The translations under genes and the position numbers were made by a program. 64,000 bases of DNA from Octopus sinensis (taxonomy: Eukaryota): the NCBI RefSeq assembly GCF_006345805.1, contig NC_043012.1, positions 46,500,001-46,564,000 on the forward strand. Direction: 5' to 3'. Below, piece after piece: positions 56,816 to 64,000 of this stretch; position 1 is the stretch's first letter, and every line of letters begins with the position of its first letter. The notes under the pieces are model-generated. The model was not told where the DNA came from. It did not search any database and worked only from the letters and a program-made list of their open reading frames with translations.

Positions 56816-57599
56816 CGCGTGATTATAATTGCGTATGAACTTATGTATACATAAGTTCTCGATACACATACATATATTGCTTATAGCCGTAGAGAGATTT
56901 GGATTCTGTACAACTGGAATGTCAACATCATTATCAAATGACCTAGAATTCAGACGTTGTCTTTGATTGTAGCGACAGACAAAAAGGCAGTGATGGCAAT
57001 TGATTGTTGATTATGCGAATTTGCATTTGCCTGTTTGTAACAAAATATCAGTCAAGCTATGCGAATTTGGATTGTAATGATTTAATTTAAGAGTACATTT
57101 TTTGGCTTCACTTTTAGACAATTAGTTTAATAATAAATGACGCGAGCTGACCAAATCTTCCGTTTCCTTTCAGAAATAGAATAATTAAAAAACAAATCAG
57201 TGATTATATTGCGCTGTTTTTGAATTCATAACAGAGGAAATTGGATGTGTTACTTTCATGACTATTCAAACAACAATAGTTCTTTCAGCATTTCAGAGGA
57301 TTGCTATTTCTTCCTTTGTTTATTTACTCATGAAAGTTTTACGGAAATTCATGTTATGCCTCTAATTATTTTCTGTATTTGTTACGTTCTCTCGTTCATG
57401 TAAAAAGTATAGAGCGATAATATTTTTGAGCAGCATAACTATATGGCACAAAAATAACTACATGCGTCGACTTGAGAGATTAAACCCGTCAAGTCGCAGA
57501 ATTACCGTAGTCCAGAAAGCGAACAAGTAAATAAGAAACACTATACGAATAAGAAAAATGCCGATTGGAGAAATGTTTATAATGTGATGCACCCACCCA

Positions 57600-57800
57600 T
57601 CGAAGACGATGTATTGCTATTCAGTGTTTGTTGAACGATCTGTACAAATGACTTGCTTATAGTGACTAAACGTATGTGCTGTACATCAACGCACTCGCAA
57701 TTCGACACAAGGACACAATGCACCATCTATTCTAGGAATTGAAACCACGATCTCGCGATCATGAATGCACAACTCCCTTACGACTAGGCCACACGTCTTG
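57600..57800 (-). mobile_element. tRNA-derived SINE of a different family
   Basis: Minus strand has A-box-like tggcctagtcg and B-box-like ggtttcaattcc at tRNA-like spacing. Confidence 0.6.
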
Positions 57801-57821
57801 ATCGTAATAATAATGATGATG

Positions 57822-57853
<32 letters not shown>

Positions 57854-57883
57854 GATAATAATAATAATATAATAATAATAATA

Positions 57884-57914
<31 letters not shown>

Positions 57915-57939
57915 TATAATAATAATAATAATAATAACA

Positions 57940-59205
57940 TGATCGCACACATCTTGGATTATGGAATATATCAACCTATTTGGCATTGCATCGAATGTTG
58001 AGTGATTGCTTGGAAAAAGTATGGCGAAGTGAAGGGCGGAAATGGCAGCATATGGAAAAAAATTAGAGACAATAGAAATCAGGAGAGGCAACTTGCAAGG
58101 GAACTGCCTGTCCCCACTGACCTTTGTACTGTGCATGATGCCACTAATACCGATTATGAGTAAAGCAAATGCAAGGTATGTATTCAATAGCCGCCAACAA
58201 GAAGTCAACCAGTTGCTATTCATGGATGACTACAGACTTTATGGTAAAAATGAATCACAAGTCAGTTCCCTCGTTGATACGGTGTATATTTTCAGCGCTG
58301 ATATCAAAATGGTGTTCAGGCTGAAAGAGTGTCGCATGTTAGCCTTAAAGAGAGGCAAAATCAAATCTATGGACGAGCTAGGATACTGTCGGAGGAGGTT
58401 ATGAATTAGTTAGAAGAGACAGGCTATAAGTACTTGGGAATATTGAAAGTGGATAAATTAATGGAGAAAAAAAGCCATAAAAATATAAGGTAAAATATTT
58501 GGGTAGACAGAGACAGGTCCTTATGTCGAAATGAAATGGACGGAATAAGATAAGCTATTAACACCTGGGCGGTTTCACGCCTTAGACATGAGCAGGGGTA
58601 ATCGCATGGACAGTAGACGAAAGAGAAGAAAGATGCTGATTAGATATGGTATACTCCACCCAAAAATTGACACAGACAGACTGTATGTACCAAGAAAAAG
58701 AGGGAGAATAGAAATGATTGGATGCGAACACAGCATTAGAGCAGAAGACAACAACATATCGTGGTATGTAAAAAATGCCCCAAAACCACTATTAAAAGAA
58801 GTTCAGGTTTGTGTAGTATGGAAGATTGCAAAGATAGAGCTCTGTACAAGCACTTGAGAATAAATGAAAATGAAAATAGGTGAATAAAAACATGAATGCG
58901 TAGTTATTTTCATGGGATGTTGAAGATAAGACAGACAGAGAAAAAAGATGGCTGTGAATGACTAATGACTACATAAAATGCGGAGTAGACAACACTTCAG
59001 AAAGTGATAAGTGCAGAATCTGTGGAAAAAATTCTGAAACCGTATGGTATATTACCAGTCAATATACGCCACTAGCCCAGAATGAATATAAGATACATCA
59101 TGACATTATTGCAAGGACACTTTGCTACAAGCATGGACAGGAAAAAGTAAAATGTTGGTACGAACGTAAACCCGATGGCATGATCAAAAATGATAATGCA
59201 AGGAT
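57940..59205 (+). mobile_element. Degenerate 5'-truncated R4-like LINE (D1)
   Basis: IRRGNLQGNCLSPL, LLFMDDYRLY, LHPKIDTDRLYVPRKRG, CRICGKNSETV..HHD. Starts directly after (ATG/ATA)n at 57805-57938. Confidence 0.85.
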
Positions 59206-59265
59206 TCTAATAGTAATGATGATGATGAGGAGGACGATGATGATGATGATGATGATTATGATAAC

Positions 59266-59342
<77 letters not shown>

Positions 59343-59387
59343 AATTAATAATAATAATGATAATGATAATAATAACAATAATAATTG

Positions 59388-59910
59388 TCACAAAGCGAAT
59401 GCAAAATACGACATGACAAAATGACAATAACGACACATTGGGAGTCCTGTGGAAATAACAGCCTACAAAAAGCAGAAACGTTGTATGAGAAAACTCCAGA
59501 AGACATCGGAACCCGGACATTGTTTTGGTAAATAAAAAGGAAAAAAAAACTTGCACGATAATCAACATAGCATGTCCAGGTGACAACAGGATCAAAAAGA
59601 AAGAAGAAAAACGGAAAAACTACGGTAATTTGAAGTGGGGAATACGAAGGTCGCGGTCAACGAGGAGAATAGTCGTGATACCAATAGTAATTGACGTACT
59701 TTGAGGTATCAGCATCACTACCAATATGGTTCAAAAAGATTGGTATAATTGTAAAGCTAGAACACCTACAAAAATCAGTATTGCTTGGAACTGCAAGACT
59801 TTTTCGCAGCTTTCTTGAAGCAGTAAACAAGTGTCACATTAGTCTGCAGGCTGTGGACAGTTGACACTTTCTATCCCACCCAACAAAATAAGCTGAGAGT
59901 TTTCATTAAA
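59388..59910 (+). mobile_element. Second R4-like 3' fragment (D2) after an (AAT/GAT)n array
   Basis: PDIVLVNKKEKKTCTIINIACPGDNRIKKKEEEK..Y and KSVLLGTARL; the 3' UTR ends in aataataat. Confidence 0.8.
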
Positions 59911-59934
59911 TAATAATTATAACAGCTTCAAATT

Positions 59935-60120
59935 TAGGCACAAGGCCAGGAAATTTCGTGGAGGGCTCCCAGTATTCAAATGGTACTTATTTTATCGACC
60001 CCGAAAGGATGAAAGACAAAGTCAACCTATGTGGGATTTGAACCTAAAAGGTAAGCACTAACCAAATACAGCTAAACTCTCTGCTCGAAGTCCTAACAAT
60101 TCTGCGAGCTCGCGGCCTTT
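59935..60120 (-). mobile_element. tRNA-derived SINE with conserved central domain (Nin/Deu-like, from recall)
   Basis: B-box-like ggttcaaatccc; central ctttcatcctttcggggtcgataaaataagtacc; tail ggccttgtgcct. Confidence 0.8.
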
Positions 60121-60132
60121 ATAATAATAATA

Positions 60133-60194
<62 letters not shown>

Positions 60195-60249
60195 TAACAA
60201 CAACAACAACAATAATAATAATAATAACAATAATAAAGATAATATTTTC

Positions 60250-60415
60250 TATTCTAGGCACAAGACCCGGAATGTTTTTTTTTGGGGGGGGATGCTAGTT
60301 GAATGAATCTACCACAGTATGCAACTGGTACTTAACTTATCGACCCCCGAAAGATGAAAGGCAAAGTCGACCTCGGCGGAATTTTAACTCGTAACGTAAA
60401 GGCAGATAAAATAAC
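60250..60415 (-). mobile_element. Headless SINE copy, same central domain
   Basis: aattccgccgaggtcgactttgcctttcatc...gtcgataagttaagtaccag; tail ggtcttgtgcctag. Confidence 0.8.
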
Positions 60416-60645
60416 TATTTCTTTACTACCCACAAGGGGCTAAACACAGAGGGGACAAACAAGGACAGACAAACGGATTAAGTCGTTTACATCGACCCCA
60501 GTGCGTAACTAGTACTTAATTTATCGACTCCGAGAGGATGAAAGGCAAAGTCGAGCTCGACGGAATTTGAACTCAGAACGTAGCAGCAGACGAAATACCG
60601 CTAAGCATTTGCCCGGTGTGCTAACGTTTCTGCCAGCTCGCCGCC
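60416..60645 (-). mobile_element. Full SINE copy with Tx1-like 3' tail
   Basis: Head ggcggcgagctggcagaaacgttagcac; B-box gagttcaaattcc; central domain; tail gtccttgtttgtcccctctgtgtttagccccttgtgggtagtaaagaaat. Confidence 0.85.
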
Positions 60646-61959
60646 TTTCTGAAGAACAGATATAACCAGATGAAAGGAAAAGCCATCTTAAAGTGTTCAA
60701 TACGGAAGAATCTAAGTTGGCGCAAACGTATTCAACTTTGGGACACAGACTTACACAATAGGGAATTGAAGTATATTCATCAAATTTTCAGTCCTTTTTT
60801 TTTTATTTACCGTGGCATACCACGTATCGTAATTTCCATCGCATTTCTTTCCTAATATGTTGGGAAGAGTATGAATTCTCCACTACGGCGGACAGTCCCG
60901 AGTATTTGATTGTCATAACGTTAGTATTAAACATGAATTCGTTCCCGCGAAATTGCTTTTCCATCAATATATGGCCGATGTCCTGCCATATGTTATGTAG
61001 ACGTTTCCAGACGTCGAGACTTGACTCTAATGAAACTATGAGGTACTATTTTACTGGTTGTAGCAGCCAATGTCTCAGGCAACGGAAACAGCTCTGCCCG
61101 TCTCATTGATTTTTCTTAATTTCGCCGCATCCGACAAAAAAGAGGCCTTATCCTCTAGGGAGAGAAAACAAAAGGTTCTTGTGAGGCGGCCACTCATGCA
61201 AAATTCACTTTACCCCTGTTACTGTTGGTGAAGCTGTAACAGTTTGCACTCGTGCTACATTCACTACCACTGCTACTACCTCTCACTTGCACAGTTTTAC
61301 TATTAACTTTGCTCATTTCAAAATAAAAGAAATCAAAAAGGATATATTGTTTTGAAGAGTGTGGAACCTGTGATAATAAATTATTACTTCTTCAAATGCA
61401 GCTCATACTTAATAATATGCTGTAAATTTTCGAAAAGGAAAAATGTTAATATTCCTGCAACCATACTTAATTTATGATAACAGAGTTGAGCTTAATGTAA
61501 TGCTTGGCATATAATAGATAACTGTAGAACGTATCCAGCAGATTCTCTTATAAGACATCTACCTGCTTGTAAGCTACTCTTCATTATTTCTATATCACGC
61601 CTGCAAATATTTCAGTGCATCAGTTATCCATGGATCATTATGAAGGTATATTTCATTCCTAACCTTAATATGATGACAGGTTCTGTCTTGCAAATATCCA
61701 TACCAAGAGAATTACCTTCCCAATAACTTTTAACCCTATACATTAATCATTCTAGAGCCAATGGTACATGACATCGTGAAACGTAACCTTACACAATTGG
61801 GAAAAATTAATAGTAAATATATCTTCCAGCTGACCAGTCTACTGTCCAAACAAAATTACGCGATGGATATAATCTAAGATCAAAGAAGATTCACCAGAAG
61901 TCATTGTGAATATAAACATACATACATGTATATGCATGTGTGTGTTTATATATACATAC

Positions 61960-62039
<80 letters not shown>

Positions 62040-62994
62040 CATATTTATACACACGCACACTCGCACACACACATATATATATTTATATATATTCACACAT
62101 ACATACACACGCAAATTTTTGCAAAATGTAAGAAGCTTCTCAACAATTTTATGTTATCAAACTGGAGGTGCGCCACCACACTGAGTTAGTCACCGTTTAA
62201 CACACTTCAGCATTTCTTCCATTCAACTATCTCCAATACCCATTGTTATGTTATAGTATACATAATATTTACTATACAGATCTTTTATCTGAAATGTTTA
62301 AGGGACACGTTTTTGGCTTCATCATTCCTGTCATATCTATCAGCGCTTGCTTACGTACATTTAGTAGATATACAATCCTACAGCATCTTATCATATTAGT
62401 CATTCCAAACAACATATAAAATAATCTTATCCGATAAAAAAAAAATAAAGAACTTCTCAGAGTTTTTGAAAGTCTTAATAACAATTTTAAGATTAACCTG
62501 GAAAGTGTCAGGGGACGTACGGAATATAATCATGGCTACTATATATAGGATGTTGGTTTCAAAAACAGTTAGATCTTATATTATATTAAGATATCTAAGT
62601 ACTTTTGTGTTGCAGCGTTTCGTCGCAGTGGGTGCCAGCTTTGCAGAAAAATATAGCGCCTTTCAGTGCACCCGGTTCATCGGTTCTTATCCTTCTTTTG
62701 AAGCATCGTAATATATAGCGTATGATATAGTGCAGCTATATTCATAGCGTGGTTCACAGTGTGTAAATTCATTTTTCTTATTTTGTTGGTGGAATCTTGG
62801 AATCCTGTAATAAACTTCTGTTTAACCTGCCAATCATATGTGATTTAGCTCTCTAGGAAATTGCAGAGTAACTACACGCGTTAGATGATATATTCTGTTC
62901 TGTTCTATTGTAGGTATGCAATCCGGAGAAGAGAGATAAATACCAATTAATAAATATAGAATTTATATGAGTGCAACTTCAATCATTTAATAAA

Positions 62995-63120
62995 TATAGG
63001 ATTTATCCTTTGATCCGTTCGGGGTCGATAAATTAGGGATCATTTGAGTACTGGGGTTGATGTAATCGACTAGTCCCCTCACCCAAATTCTTGGGCCTTG
63101 CGTGTATAGTAGAAAAGAAT
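62995..63120 (+). mobile_element. 3' part of a SINE of the same central-domain family
   Basis: tccgttcggggtcgataaatta..gtactggggttgatgtaatcgact..ggccttgcgtgtatagtagaaaag. Confidence 0.75.
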
Positions 63121-64000
63121 AAAATAGCATTTATATAAGCGCTGCTTCAAATTTCATGCTCAGGTACTATAGTAAACGAACAGGTTTGAATAGCATACCA
63201 CGCACGTTTGGGTAATTGTTCTGGCAATGAAAATCATGGCTCTCTGTGACGCAAAAAATGTGAGAATAAAATGAGACGAAGAAATAATATCAAGAAAAGG
63301 GGATAAGATATCCGTCCATTCTATTTTGGGTATTTGTATGCAATAGCAAAATGATTTGTGGAGGTGGTCGAATGAGGATTGGGAGAAGGACTAAAGTGCG
63401 TTATATTGTGTGTCTTATCTTCGAGTTCAATAAAAGGAATTTGTGAAGACGCTTACATTAAAAAAAAATTGATGTTGTGTTTAGCAGGTGAGTGCAGTTT
63501 TGCCATCAAATAAGGATGTGTATTCTTTCATGTATATAAAGCATGTGATTTTTCAAACAATTAGTTTATGAGCTAGAATTCTGTACGATATTCCGCGTGA
63601 GGTATGTGGTATGTTGCTGTCCTTTAGGTCCCGGTTGTGGTTTGCTATGGAACCTTGGATTCGTAGAAGAGTGAGCTAACCATCCCTGTCTGGATTCCTG
63701 CACTTGCAGTTGTGGTTTTTTACACATATATCTATTTTCCCAACATATATTTATAGATTTATAGTTGCATTGGTCACTGTTTTTTGCGAAAAATTCTGCT
63801 CATCTGCCAAGAAAGGAAAACCTGTGAGTGGACACGATAGGATTTTCCCGCAAAATCATAGCATTTTCACTTTTAGATGACAAGTTTGTGACTGTGTAAA
63901 CGAGCGATAAATTAGCTAATTAAGATAATTAAGAACTTAACCATGCCGAGATATATTAGGGTGTTAAATATTGCAGGACTGAAGGTGAATGACCAATGAA

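Overview
AT-rich eukaryotic genomic DNA dense in microsatellites, with no recognisable host protein-coding gene. The repeat repertoire suggests an octopus or other coleoid cephalopod (inference). Almost every long ORF comes from a mobile element or a simple repeat. Main content: (i) many R4/Dong-like non-LTR retrotransposons with a restriction-like endonuclease (RLE), including a near full-length but defective 4.1 kb copy (46011-50094), stacked in one orientation at (AAT)n arrays; (ii) two Tx1-like LINE copies; (iii) Penelope-like element (PLE) relics; (iv) Gypsy, mariner, Tc1, hAT-MITE and CR1/L2-type relics; (v) several tRNA-derived SINEs. Best leads: a minimal hammerhead-ribozyme fold with a compensatory G3:C8 core swap (29019-29067); a SINE 3' tail matching the 3' end of the Tx1 LINE in the same window; opposite-strand use of (AAT/ATT)n arrays by R4-like versus Tx1/SINE elements; an 8x 22-23-mer array with a terminal hairpin at the 5' end of the near full-length R4-like element; and a 111-bp near-perfect hairpin. 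Boundaries of degenerate relics are approximate. No database searches were run.
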